Shown here: positions 26,743-39,752 of the stretch, one piece after another | Position numbering within the stretch: position 1 is the stretch's first letter | Layout of the letters: every line of letters begins with the position of its first letter | Source: Marsupella aquatica | Taxonomy: Eukaryota; Plantae; Marchantiophyta | DNA: 64,000 nucleotides | Direction of reading: 5' to 3' | Assembly (NCBI GenBank): GCA_973895155.1 | Contig: OZ316897.1 | Location: 16,660,058 to 16,724,057 of the forward strand | The notes under the pieces: model-generated | Seen by the model: the letters and a program-made list of their open reading frames with translations, nothing else | Databases searched by the model: none | Told to the model about the DNA's origin: nothing | Program-made: the position numbers and the translations under genes

Positions 26743-27496
26743 TGCACTAGTAGTAAAACTTGTTGTGGGCCCAGAATTTGACCCTAAACTAACTATCATG
26801 GTTTTATTTATATTACATATTAATTTTCTTCTTTTGTTTTACAAACACTTAATTGGACTTTGAAATTTCATCTCACTGTTATATATGCAACCCTAGCCGT
26901 TTCCAAAGCTATCCTCATGCATGCCACCTTTTTGAAAACCCTAGCTGTAACCTAAACACATGCATTCTCCATCTTGTAAAGAAACTCTCTCAAACATTTC
27001 CATTCTACAAACTTTTCAAACAACTCTCTTTGCAAAACATTTTCAAGCTTGTCAAGAAGCAACTTCTGAACACTTTGTGAATAACACACCATCGGTAATT
27101 GTGATGCCAATGGGTTCTCAACTTTGCGAATCAACTGGCTTCGCTAACTTGCGACTACTTATACTTCACAATATTGTGCGAAGCTAATAGGTTCACAAGA
27201 TATATTTGAGTACATTATTATCGCTAAATTATGAAACAAAAGAGATCCAAATGCAGTCGCGATGGTCGCGGATCCACAAATACTTTGCGAGACTAATAGT
27301 ATCTGAAAGAGTTGCGAATTCAATCCGATCTCAAACAAATTGCAAGGTATTTAGCTTCGCAACCCTATGTTGTGAACCTTTCAGCATGGTTTATTGTGAT
27401 GCGTGTTTGATCACAAAATATCTGAAGTCGATGACATCGCAAGACCATCCCGGCGTAAAAAAAAAGCTTCGCAAAAGGGGCCAATATGTAGTAGTG
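24609..27496 (+). mobile_element. CACTA transposon 2, 3' portion (interrupted by CACTA 1)
   Basis: Transposase resumes mid-domain right after the CACTA 1 TIR; TCGC/GCGA subterminal repeats at 27120-27480; terminus ATGTAGTAGTG at 27496 (reverse complement CACTACTACAT). Confidence 0.8.
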
Positions 27497-28081
27497 ATTG
27501 TCTGTGATGTCCCAAAGGTGCCCTTTTATCAAGCTAAGCCTACCGGACTTCTACTATCCATGCTTGACTCAGCGATTTTGTCTACAAAGTGCCAAAAACA
27601 TGAGGCTCTGCTAGACACTGCCAAGGTTGAAGCCAGTTTGAAGGCCCTAGATGCATCTGAACGGGATCACCCAGCAACCGTGGAAAAGCTTAATGAGCAG
27701 TTGAGATCTATGGAGCAAGAACAAGATCAATTGAGGGAGATGGTAGACTCTACAGACAAGGATGTTGATGACATCATTTTAGACCTCGAGCTAGAGGCCA
27801 ACAAGGAAGATGAGGGCTCTGGGAATGAGGTATATTCACCCTACCTTGCAGGGGAATCATTCGTAGTCTTTCATTCCCTGATTATTTTGCATCATCAGAA
27901 AGAATTATGGAGTGTATTAGTCTAGCATTGTTGTACTCTTACAAATTTGAATTGTTTTCGATGGTTACAGGGCATTGAGTTCAGTACTCTCTTGGAAACC
28001 CAACTTAAAAACTCAAGAGCCAAAATTGCTGAGTTGAAGGGCCGCCAAGAGACCATCGGGAGGGATATGGTGAAGGTGCAT
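27497..28081 (+). pseudogene. Fragment of a coiled-coil gene, paralog of the 33.2-kb RING gene
   Basis: PTGLLLSMLDSAI matches PCALLLSMLESEM (near 34200); same coiled-coil pattern and an equivalent intron (27830-27970) after an acidic stretch. Confidence 0.6.
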
Positions 28082-28237
28082 CACTAGAAGGAAATTGGGG
28101 TTTTACAACTATGTCCTTTTTTACTCCTGGTCGGAAACAACTCTTAAGCAATCCCAACAACTGTGTTTTCGAAGAGTGGTATCTGACTTGTAAAAGCAAC
28201 TAAGTTTACCACTGCAATAGAAAGAATAACTCATTTG
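28082..28237 (+). mobile_element. Possible 5' end of a third CACTA element
   Basis: CACTAGAAGGAAA begins exactly where the upstream reading frame breaks; (C/T)AACT/AGTT short repeats here and after 32080; matching 3' TIR not found in the window. Confidence 0.45.
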
Positions 28238-29980
28238 TGTTGTGGGAGAAAATGAGACAAAGAGTTAGTTCCATCTTTACTCTTGGTAGAATATGTACAT
28301 GTGGCTACGGCCTAAGTAGTTAGGGTAGTTACATAGGTAGTTATCCCAAAGGTAGACTTAACTCAAGTATGAGTTACAACACTCCCCCTTTGTAACATTG
28401 GGGTTGAAATGTTACAATCAAGAGTCTACTTTGGGTATATTCAGTGGTATACAATAGGTTTTGTTTATGTCTAGCCTATTTTATAAATGGTGTAGCCATC
28501 TCAAGTCTACTATAAATGAATGTCAAGCTTCTCCTAATAGATGTCTTATAATTCATGTTGCATCATGGTAAAGTGTAAGTGGGGGATGTAACCTCATTAA
28601 AACCTCCCCTACTTTCTTTGTGGGAGGAAAGAGTATTACCATCCCCATGGGTGAAACATAATTGGGTTTAAGCATATAGTGTATGTGTAATTTCTACAAA
28701 GTCTCTTAAGGTGCTTGTCAGCACTATAGGCTTGTTGAAGATCTTCCTTGGTTGATTGTTTCTCGTGTCTCCTTCCAATCGGGAAATGGAGACTCCTTGA
28801 TGGTCACCGATTACATGCCATGACAAAGTAAAGTATTAGTACAAAATGAAGATGATATGGTGTAATCCATGGCCTTGGAATTGGATTGGGTGTCCAACCC
28901 TAGATTTGGTGTGGGCATAACCTATTTGCACCACATCACGTACCATATCCACAATATAGGGTTATCATATTGGGGTATGGCGCACCATCTCTTATGGTGC
29001 CTTACCATGCCATGTCTCACCTTATGGTACCTTATGACCTGGTACTGTACCTCATATTATCATATGGTACTTTAATATCCAGTATACCTCATCAAGTATT
29101 GGTAAGTGATTGTGTTAACACCATGTTCAATCATTTATAAAAATTCCTTAGATTTCATGATTTGCCATATGCATGGAATAGAGTTCCATTTTTAGGTATT
29201 CATTGGTGCGAAAGGCACTTGTGCAATAGGCACATCCCATGGGTTACATTGCTTGATGTCAAGTCTTACTTGAGGTCTCCCCCTCAATTTGTCATTTACT
29301 TCCATGTGCAGTAGGCACTCATTGGCTTCCATGTGTAGTAGGCACGGAGCTTAACTTTTAAGTGCCGTAGGCAGCTTTTAAATGCAGTAGGCACGTTGGG
29401 AAAAACAATTCTCCCCCTGAATTTGTGAATGGCAATTCTAATATGGTAATATTCCCAATAGATATCTTTCATTTTAATGCCATTTCGTCCCCGTTCTTAG
29501 TATGTGTGTTTCCCTGGTTCAGTGCACATTGTTCTTTGTATACGCAAATCTATTTGACGGGTTTTGCAATTAAGGAGGGTTTGCACTTAGCGGTATGTTC
29601 TCGACGTTTTCTCGACGTTTCAGCGTTTTTGTTGCGAGATTTGTTCTTTGCTGCGCGCGTTCCCTTCGTGCTCTTATCCTCTTTTCTCTGAGGGTCTTTT
29701 GTTCGTGCTCCCTAAATGTGAAATCTTCCTTCAATCTCCATTGTCATGGATGTGTAAAGTCGATCAAGTTCTTGGTGTCTCCATCGACATAGTAAAGTCT
29801 GGTGAGAATGCCGGTAGGAAAGGCCGTCATCATCGCAGTACGGCTTAGAAACTAGAGTATCCAGTAGCTCGGTTTCCTCTTCTTTATCATCTTCCTTCAG
29901 GGTACCAGCTGCTCTCGAACAAACCCATCGTTGCTCTCCAGAAGGGGCAACGGCGAATGAGGGTAATTCACGGGACCTGC

Positions 29981-30514
29981 CTACGCTATCTCCAGTGATT
30001 TGTCCGGTGTATGCTGGGGTCCTTTTATGTTATCCAGAGCCACTAAATATGCAGTTTGGGTCTCCAAGGGGGATGGCATTGACTGATTTCGAAGCTCATA
30101 CTGCAAACGCCATGTGATAGTGCTTGAGCTCTCTCCAAAGACTTCGTTAGGGATCACGTTGATGAACATAAAATAGAGGTGGTAGCGTTTGTGATACCTT
30201 CCACCGACGCATCTCGCAGCGTACATACAGGATTTCTCATCCCTGACTTCTACTTTGTGGATCAGGTACCTTTCATCGGTTGTATCTGGAAACAAAGATA
30301 ATTGTTCACAAAATTTCACGGAGTAATTTGCGAGGTAGACACTTCCTATGGCTCCATCACCCTCAAGGTAATCAAAGTAAGCAAGGACGCCATTGTCGCG
30401 AGCCAGATTGGCGATGATCCTGTGGTCGCGAATGTTCTCCCAAGCTGCTGAAACCGGCACATCACGCAACTCCTTAGAAAATTGCAGGAACTGCGGACCA
30501 GACTTCTTATCCAA
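29981..30514 (-). pseudogene. Unknown ORF remnant inside the short-LTR element
   Basis: 177-aa globular-looking ORF in the element's sense orientation; no recognised motif. Confidence 0.35.
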
Positions 30515-31913
30515 TTTTAGCTTTCAAAAACTTGCTCCAGTCAGCTTTGGCGCCGCCCTTCTGTCAATTTTGAACGAACCTGAGGACTCCCGACTCCGAC
30601 TCCGTCATTGAGTAGGGCAGGGGCTTGGTATCAGAACTGTCAATATTCATTGAGTGTTGATCCATTGCGCTTGGGAGCAACCACTTGTGGGTGTGGCAAG
30701 TATAGTTTGCTCAATCAGGCAGGTGTTCTCTCTGCGATAGCCGAATTTCGCTCCAAGATAGTTGCATCCCGTGCGGCTATCATTGGCTATCGAACGAGGC
30801 CTATCCCTATGAGGTCGCGATGTCCTAATCGAATTCTTCTTTCTGCTTTTCGATCGTCTTCTCTCTATTGCTGTCATCTTGCTCTTCTTATCCTTTTCAC
30901 CCTGGAGGGGAATGCTGCTTTTCGGGATCGGTTACTCTCGAAGGGTGAAAGATTCATCAATGACTGACGAAGAATGTAATCTTGTGATCCTCGGTTGGGG
31001 ATAGACTTCCATTTTGTTCTGCTTTCTTCTTGAGTTCTCTTCGAATCTTCTAAGAAAAATTTCCTTATCTCCTGCTATCCTTACGAGTTCCTTATGGAAT
31101 TGAGGCTATGATCTGCGCCTTGGATCGGTTTGCTTGTGTGATGATCTCGCTGCCTGAAGTGGAGGTCGATACTTTCTATGGTTTGCAAGTCGCGACTTTC
31201 TTCACTTGCCTCTTTTCACACTTCTTACGCGATTGCTCCAAATCCTTCTTTCGTTTTCCAGTGATGCGACCAACGGGTTTAATTTCCCCATGTTTGTCCT
31301 GCTTTTCTGTCAGCATAGTGTCGGGAAAGCTAGTGTCGGGAAAGAAATCACAACATCCTGTTACTGCTTCGTCCATTTCGAATGCCTCCAACGGTAGACT
31401 CGAGTAGAACTGGAAGCAAACACAGGAAACAGAGTAGGTTGTCGTACTCAAATCTGTTGTGCGCTCACGACCAGCCGTCAGTGAGCTGGTGCTCGCTAGA
31501 AATCTTATCAATCAAAGATGTAGTTGGTGTGAGGGTCTTGCTCGCCAGGGAATGAGAAAACACCTTGGCCACCAACTGCCGACTCCTCGAAATGGCTGGA
31601 GTTCCAATCGCTGGCTCGTTTCCAGATTCATGAACGCGTCAACAACACTGGCTCTGACTGACTGTTGCTATTGCCTTACTGCTGTACCGACTTGAAAAGC
31701 GTGCACCAAATAAGATGGCGCCTTGATATTCAATTCACCATAGCCGCGATCAATTCTTCCTTGGCGTTTCTCCCAAAGAAAAATTGCTTGTGCAGCGCTT
31801 CAAGTAGCTCTCGCAAAAAAAAACTTTGGAACATTCGAAAATCACGTCTTTCCCTTCTTTCTTCGTCTTAGAGTGAATCAGTCATGGCCTAAAAAATTCA
31901 GCCAGTCTTAGGC

Positions 31914-31927
31914 TCGTGCTGATAACG
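31914..31927 (-). promoter_or_regulatory. PBS complementary to the anticodon arm of tRNA-Ile (half-tRNA primer)
   Basis: Minus-strand CGTTATCAGCACGA abuts the LTR; plus strand TCGTGCTGATAACG equals the recalled tRNA-Ile(AAT) sequence TCGTGCTAATAACG with G at the wobble position. Confidence 0.7.
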
Positions 31928-34395
31928 TGTTGTGGGAGAAAATGAGACAAAGAGTTAGTTCCATCTTTACTCTGACTTGGTAGAATATGTACATGTGGCT
32001 ACGGCCTAAGTAGTTAGGGTAGTTACATAGGTAGTTATCCCAAAGGTAGACTTAACTCAAGTATGAGTTACAACAATTTGTTCTATTTGAGTGACTAAGG
32101 ATAATTTAAGAAACTACTCTAATTAGAGATGAAGAGTATTCTAGTTGTTTAAGGTAGTTTTGTAGTTATTTGGGTGATGGTGGCTAATGACTATGATACT
32201 TAGGTCAATTGCAAGCTTGAGGGGGGCAAAAGGACGCAAAAAGGATCACCAAAATGGAGAGGTAGTCCTTGTGGTGATACGAAGATCAACGATCAAGATT
32301 GAAGGATAGTGGGGCCACCAAGGACTTCAACCCCGTGAAGGAATTAATGACGCAAAAGGACATCGCATCATTTCTAGCCACTAAGGTCCTTCCACGGAGA
32401 AGAAGGAGGGGACCAGTTCCGTCATTCCCGTAGTTTGAAATCGCCGCCAAGTTTGAAATAGCCGTGCGGCTTCCGTGCCATCCGCGGGTTTCCATCAACG
32501 GTGAGGAATTGGCCGCTGGGGCCTGCTATGCCTTAGATTTCCAGATGTTCGGAGGCTTTGGGGATACTCAACGACAGTGGCGGGGGGGGTGAACGCCGAG
32601 TAGTGTCGCAAAGTAGTTTGTTTGGGAGGCTTAGGGGATTGTCAACGACAGTGGTGGCGAGACTGAATGAGACTGAACGTTGCAAAGTAGTGGATGTCGG
32701 CAGTAAACGTCGACAATGAACGTTGAGGAGTTCTGCCGAATGTTTCAATTTTAGTGCTTGAAGGAAACATAGCACTGCGAACTCTCTATTCTTTCAAATC
32801 TTTTCTAAGGTGGTGCGGTTTGGTGACATTGGTTTAGAGCTCGGGTAAGCAAATGTTGCTTTGTTACAGTTTCAACCAATTCTAGACAGACCTTCATATT
32901 CCTCATAGTCGCAACGCATTCGGCGATAGGTGCTTGTAAACTCAAGAACTTTCAAATCAGCGATGGTGCAAATGTTGCATACATGCTCTTTGACATGTTG
33001 TGGGCATGGAGAGTTTGCGCAGGTTTGGGTGGAAGTGCTACTTCATGAGCGTGACGTGCTCCGCAGGCCAGACTGAGGGTACGCTTGTAACTTTGATACG
33101 TAATGCACCACCTATTCTACTTCCTTTCATCGATATTTGACGTAACCTTCTCTACTTTAGATTTACCAGAACTCTCATCATATTTAGTCAGGACTTTTCG
33201 TAGTTGTTTTGATGGATACCCCACTTCCATTGCCCGTTGATGGAGGTGAGGGTGTAGGGTCATTAGAAAAATCTCCTCAAGAACGCTCAACCGGGTCTGT
33301 GTTAGTCAACAAACTCTCTAAAGGAAAACCCAGTTCAGACGATTGTGGTGCTCGAGCGGTAGCATCTATTGAGAAATCTAAAGGTAGAGTCAAGCCAACT
33401 TCAAAGGCGACAGACAACGAATGGGATCCAGCCGGGTCTATGTTAGTCAAACTCTCTAAAGGAAAACCCAGTTCAGATGATTGTGTTGCTTGAGCGGTAG
33501 CATCTTTTGAGAAATCTAAAGGTAGAGTCAAGCCAGCTTCAGAGGCAACAGACAACGAATGGGATCCAACCGATTTTTACAATGACGCTCATTTCTTTGC
33601 TACCCAGTTTGGCCTTCCGAATGAAGGCGAAAATCTCCATAGAATCATTGACATCAGTGAGGAAATGCTAGCCACGTGCTTTGGAGATAAGGGACGGAGC
33701 GGTTACAAACTAGGTAGTTGCACAGGCTTGCCACAAGAGGATGTCTTACATTTATCCCAAGTTGTCGATGGATATGAGAAGCCGGTCAATGGAGTGTTGG
33801 CACATACATTTGTTAAGGGAGTGTATGCTGAGCGAGTGTTGGGGAGGACAGTTAATTGGGCCGCATACGCTGCATCTAAGTTGAAAGGCCAGATTGTTCA
33901 GGGGGATAGAGAAGGCAAAGGTAAGCCTAATGGGCCCCCTTGTGTAAGGAAGACTGGTCGTGTCTATAAGCGCGCAGATGCATAAGTTATTGAGGATGCA
34001 ATTCATGAGGCAGTTCCTCCCCGAGTTCCTTCAGGCCTCTCTTTGAAAGAGCCAACGATGAAGTCTCCAATCCCCGAGAGCGGATGGGATGTTCTTTCCC
34101 TCGAAAAAGTTCCTGCTGAGCTACTTGGTACTGCATCTGCCTCCCCTATTCTGTGGGTGCGGCCAAGTCCTTCCACTCTTGTGCAGTCGCCAAGTACCCC
34201 CCCTTGTGCCTTGTTACTATCCATGCTTGAATCAGAAATGTCATGAAGTAAGAACCAAGTAAGAGAGGCCCGCAAAGATGTTCAGAAACTTCTTCAAAGC
34301 CTGGAAAATTTGAAATCTTCAGAGTGCGACCGGCAAAGTGCACTGCAGCGGATTCATCATCAAATTTGCAAACTAGAGGAGGAGTTGAAGCTTGT

Positions 34396-37300
34396 TGTGG
34401 TGCGTCCCATGGCTCCCTAAACCCAAGAAACCCCCCAGCTCAAGCCGATTCCCGTAGGTTTCGCGCTTGGCGAGGCCGTTTCCGCGGCTTAGCGGCATGG
34501 GACGCTGCTAACCTTCTACTACTACTATTAACATTTTACACACATATACTGGACAGATCCTTCATCGGGTCATGAGATACGTAGCCGGCCTAATCTAGGC
34601 CTTCCCTCATCTTCCCCTCCGTCTTGTTAGGTATGTTTGGATTCCGCCGCCGGAATGATCCCCAATAGGCTTGGTTAAGCCGCTAAGACCTCTCTCAGCT
34701 CGACACATCCAACTCTCACTCCCCTGCTTACTTTCCTTCCTACTGTTAGTTGATGTGGGCACTCTTCACACAAGTTAATGCGACACACAAATAGCAAAAT
34801 GACTCCTTCTGACTGAGTCATACCATGCACTTGTCATACAAACAGTACATCTCATACACAAGCTCTGCAAACTAAGCCGTGAGGCCAACTCTATTCAGCT
34901 CTTAGGCATGAGGAAACATGAATATACACAAGGGTCACTGTATGACTAACCGAGAGCTTCTCTTACTACTTGATCCCAGCCCGGCTGGTGCAAACTGAAA
35001 ACTTGCTAAAGAAGAGGCCCTGAGCTCCCCGCTGCCCAGGTACTTATCCTGGTAGTGGATCCGCCTAATTCTTTGCAGCATAAGCCTAATCTACCTAACA
35101 GTAATCTACTTGCCCGGATCTACCTATGTACAGCAAGGCAGGAGCACAAGTGTTGCTCCTACCAGTGGAACCGCAATCCCACTAAGCTAAGTGTTAGGGC
35201 CGCTCCTGGTCCTGATCCTAATCCTAAACTTGGAGATCAGCGCCCGCCCTGCCCACTCACGCCTCCTCCCTCCACGTCCGCCCTTCCTAAAAGGAACGGC
35301 GCCCTTGCACCGTCACGACACCGGTGGTGGATCCTCAATGGACGCCCCCAACGCTTCCTCCTCAGCCACTGCCGTAGGTTCGTTTTCTGACAGATTACCT
35401 GCCCTTGACTGAGTCAACTCTCCATCGGCCTGACTGGGTCCACCATCGGCGTCGGCATCGGCTCGGGAATCATTATCGGCTACGGCCTCAGCCTCGGCTA
35501 CGGTCTCCCCGGCCTGCTCAAGAGGCGGATCTGGGATACCGGCCTCATGATTGAGTAGTTCGGCTTGGGCCGCACCCTCCCCACCCTTGGTGATAGCGGG
35601 ATCTATTGCCGTGTTCCTGCCGGAGGTTGGTGCTGGGTCTACCTCCTTGGTCACCACGGCCAGTGGAGCCGTATTACTCCTTGACCCTGAAGGTTTCCGC
35701 TTCTTCTTCTTTTCTGGTTCGGCAGCTGGTCCCTTCCCCTTCCCATTTACTTCCGGCACTGGTGCAGGTGGCGCGGCTTTTTCTTCGGCCAGTACCACTC
35801 CTGGTAACTTGGTTGCCCCAATTGGAGTTGGGCCTGATGAAGACAAGCACTTAAATACTGCGGCTTGTTTCTTCAGCCGCTCTGTTTGGTTGTCGGCCCG
35901 CCGCTGGAGGTTCTCCATCTTCCTCGTGATTTCCTCCAACTCCTCCTGGGTCTCATCCAGGTCCTTGCGGGCCTCCTCTAGTTCCTTCTGGGCTTCCTCC
36001 CGTTCTTTCTTCAAGGTAGCCCTCTCCTCCCGGGTTGCTCTTAGCTCCTTGTTGAGCTCTGCAATGATGACAGACTCCATCTGATTCATCTTGGCGTAAG
36101 TCTGATCGAGCATCTCGTCCTTCTTCCTTAGGTCGGCCGTGAAGCTGGCCGTCAGGGACGCAAGCTCCTGCTGCAGCGCCATAATCCCTTGATAGGATTT
36201 TCCTAACTCGGCCTCCTTCTACTCAAGGGCTCCGCGGATTTTCTCGAGCTCCCCCTTCAACGCCCATTCCTTTCTTTGGGTTTCCGCCATGGCCCGGCTG
36301 TTGGCGGTTATGTGGGCCTCCTCTGCATTCCTCAGCTCTTGCTTCCACTTCTCCCTCTCTTTGATCGTATTGGCCAACTCTCCCTGCGTCTGAGTCAGTT
36401 TATCCTTGATATTCTGATTATCAGCCTGCGCGGTGTCCAACTGCCCCTGCATGATGTTCAGCTCATGTCGTTTAATCCGCAGTTCATCTTGGGCTTTCTT
36501 GGCCGCCCTTAGATCTTCAATCTCGGCTTCCATCCTCCTAAGCCGCCGAATGACCTCGTCCTTCTTGCTTCTCTCTAAAGCCACCGCTTCTTCTAATTGG
36601 TGCTTCTCCAACTGCTCCCTATGGAAAAAGGGTCCTACCTCCAACTCCTCTCCAAAGATGCCGAGCGCAAGTTCCCCACACATCTCACCATACTCCATGG
36701 CTCTATTCTTAGCGTAGGTGGAGTAAGTAGAAGTGATCGGCATCGCCCATCGCGGCCTCTACTCCCAAGCCGTCTTGCGGATCTCTTCAATCGTGGCTAG
36801 AGGTTTGCTTCCTTTTTCGGCTAGCCGCCTGATGTCCTCCGGCCAATCTCCTCCTGGCAAATCCTTTTCTCTAGCCAAGGCTGCCTCCTCTTCCTGCCTG
36901 ATTCGCTCCTGAAATTCCTGCGCCGTCTGTTTTATGCCGTCAAAGCTTGGGGGAGCAACATCTGGTGGGGGAGACTCAAGGCTACTCTGCTGGTTGGGGT
37001 CCCCTCGTACTACCCTTGGAAGTGTGGGGACAAACCGGCCACAGGTCCTTACTCCTGGAACGTGATGGTCCGACCCATAGCCAGAGTTATCATGGCTGCA
37101 GTCCTCCACTGCCTCCTCTACTTCTTGGACGTCCGGCTTCTCCCTCTCCTCTTCGTCGGTAGGAGCTTCGGGCAATTCTGCCTCAGATTCAGAGCTTGAG
37201 ACTCCCACATACATTCGAACACTTGGCTTGGATTCCGGCCTGATTCTCTCCTTGTCTCCAGCAAAGGGGTTTTCTTTTGTAAGCCGGTGTAAGCCTACCT

Positions 37301-39752
37301 CTGGAGTAGTGTCTTGCATTGTTGCCGTTGCCGTTGCCGTTGCCGATGCCGATCTCTTCTCTTTCTCCAGTAGTTTCAGCAGACTCTGCATGCCTGGTTG
37401 CTGCATCGGCAAGTCCTCCTCCCTTGGTCTAAACACCTGCTCGATCGTAGGGCTAACAGGTGGTTGAGGCTTCTCTGCTACCAGCCTCGGTGTTGGAGAT
37501 TCCTCGGGTGCCCTTACCTGCAGGGGAAGTACTGGGGCAAAAGTCTGACCTCTAGCATACCGGCACAACAGGGGCATGTGATAGCCAAGCCGCGACACGC
37601 TCCCCATGCCGATTACCTGCTGCTCCTCCTTTAAGATCTTCTTCAATTGGTTGAGGAGGTACCCGTTGTAGTCCCGGCTTGGGTCTGGCCTCTCTACCAG
37701 ATAGACCTGTGCCTTGCCGATCTCTGCCCTTGGCAAGTTACAATGCATGGTCACCCTCAAGAAAACAGACAACTCGGATGGTAGGTGTGCCCACAAGATG
37801 CTGGAATCCAGTTGAAGCAATGAAACCCATTGCAACACATTGGACAAACAGTAACTGAAGCTTGGACTCCTACAGATCGACAAGAAGTAGGAATAAAACG
37901 AGGAGCTAACACAGGGCAAGGATGCTTCAAAACTTTGTTTAAAATGGAATGTTCCTGAGATTGAGCTTCCAGAAGCTCCTCCACCCCCTTAACGATAATC
38001 TCCCTTTCTTCCACGACTTTGGTCAATCTTGCCACCTTGCTTGGCAAGTCTTTGAACATATGATCTTTGTCGGTGTGGAGTGTCCTCAACACAGTCAACT
38101 CATCTGAAATTGATCTTGACCGGGAGTTCAACATCTCAATTGTGGCCTCATGCTGCTTCAGATCAGTCTGAAGGTGTGTCAAGTAATCGTTGGGGGTCTG
38201 TCACAAAGAATAAAAAACAGAGTGTCATTCATCATATCATATAAGCTGCAAGCTACTAATCTCAGATTTCCAACGTTAGTGAAGAGAATAAATAGAAAGT
38301 GCGATAAAAACTAATGTGGAAATTGATCAGAGTGAAACCTCATCGTCTTCACATTGGTTGCCTTCTTCCAACTCAATGGCATTTGTGGTTTCTTCATGCT
38401 TCTCTTCTTCATTTGATACTGAATCCTTTACAAGTGTGATGCCTAGCCAGGAATCACTCGGCCAGTGAAGTGGGTAAAGCAGGAATGCACCCTAGAAACA
38501 CCTTAGTATAGGGACAAAACAAGGAAAATATAAACAATTAGGGGCGACTATGGAACCCGGGCCGAGGCCGGAGGTAAGGACGATGGGGGTGAAAACTTGA
38601 TTAGGGTTAGGGCGCGCTAAGCATCGGCGGCTAGGAAGGATCAACGGGAGGAAGGACCGGAAGAAGAGAGGGGTAAGGAGCGCTTGCAGGAGATGGTGGC
38701 TCATTTGCGAGCACGAACTAGGCAGACGACTACGGGAGGCCAACTACTATCAGCTGCTTAGGCAAGCACTCGGGGAGAGAATAGATACTGACGATCGACC
38801 TAAGGAGGGTATGAGCAACGTCAATCAAGCGGCACATTTCTGGGGATGCCTGTTCGAACGGGCAACTGAGTACATCAAGACTTACGAGGACGAGGAATCC
38901 GGGGAGGAATCAGAAAGGGCAGCTCGAGAACGGCAGGAGCTCGCTCGATTGAGGGAGTTGCAGAAGACGGCTTTCTTAGGAGGCGAACTCATCAAGGACG
39001 AGTTCTTGTGGACTCCTACTTCCAATCAGCTCGACGATCTTCTGTTTTGCAAAGACAGCGTCATCGGCATCCAAGAGGCCATCAAGAACTGCAACGACAT
39101 ACACTGGGAATTGAAGGGTAGCACTGAAAGGTGGACCCAGGCAACGGTGCTAGGAGAAACCTCCACGGCAACAGAGATGAAGAGGAAGGGAGCCGTCAAC
39201 GATGAAGCCACCCCGGCAAAAAGAACAAGGTCGGCGGCACCAAAGAAGCCAGCCGAGCAGCAGAGCAGGAGGCAGGGAGAAGCCGAAGAGGAGGAGGTTG
39301 ATCCCATCAAGGCCATTCCAACCAGGGATGACACCTGGAAGGGCTGGGCGGCAACCCTACCAGTGGAGGTGCAACTACATTTTGCACAGGAGGAGGATGC
39401 ATGCTTTACGGCCATGCAGACCAAGAAGTACCAAGGCTTCATGGCCGGATCCGGCTTAGAGGCCTTTGTAAGATTACCATGGCTGAAGCCGGAAGTACCG
39501 GATTCAGACCTATTAGAATTCGTGGGGTCATGGGAACCCGAGACCAATTGCACGAGGATATATGGGAAGGATTTCTATCTTACTCCCAAAGTGATTGCCG
39601 AAGTGTTTGGCTTGCCGATAGGCAATAAGACCAAAGTTGATACCAGGAAGACCTTGCCTGACAAGGAGTTCCGGTCGTTCCCCGGGCCATCAACAAAGAA
39701 TGGCTTCTTCCGGAACACCTGCACCAACCCGCACATAGGAGAGATGATCGAC
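34396..39752 (-). mobile_element. Solo LTR of the 1..11740 family, broken by inversion (34396-37763 plus inverted 38435-39752)
   Basis: Homologous to the whole of 7093..11740 (about 4.69 kb in total); TSD CTTGT at 34391-34395 and its reverse complement ACAAG at 38430-38434. Confidence 0.95.
37764..39752. other. ~2-kb inversion
   Basis: The LTR reference ...CAAGAA|GTCGATC... is split exactly: the left half ends at 37763 and the right half appears reverse-complemented ending at 39752; flanking gene exons are inverted with it. Confidence 0.92.

Larger units (their letters stand above)
28238..32075 (-). mobile_element. Non-autonomous LTR retroelement with short LTRs (Copia/Bianca-type priming)
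   Basis: LTRs 28238-28381 and 31928-32075 (TGTTG...CAACA) identical apart from a 4-bp indel; perfect TSD ATTTG; PPT AAAGGGGGAG (minus, 28382-28391); no gag or pol motifs seen. Confidence 0.9.

Noticed and set aside
26745-26760. CACTAGTAGTAAAA as the 5' TIR pairing with 27496
   Set aside because: Does not match CACTACTACATAT beyond CACTA; flanks ATG and ATT do not form a TSD
27206-27925. 239-aa ORF as one gene
   Set aside because: Chimeric: the first part is CACTA 2 subterminal repeat, real coding starts at 27497, and the tail is intron
36759-37919. 386-aa ORF (and 38811..39884) as novel fusion proteins
   Set aside because: Read-through across the inversion breakpoints
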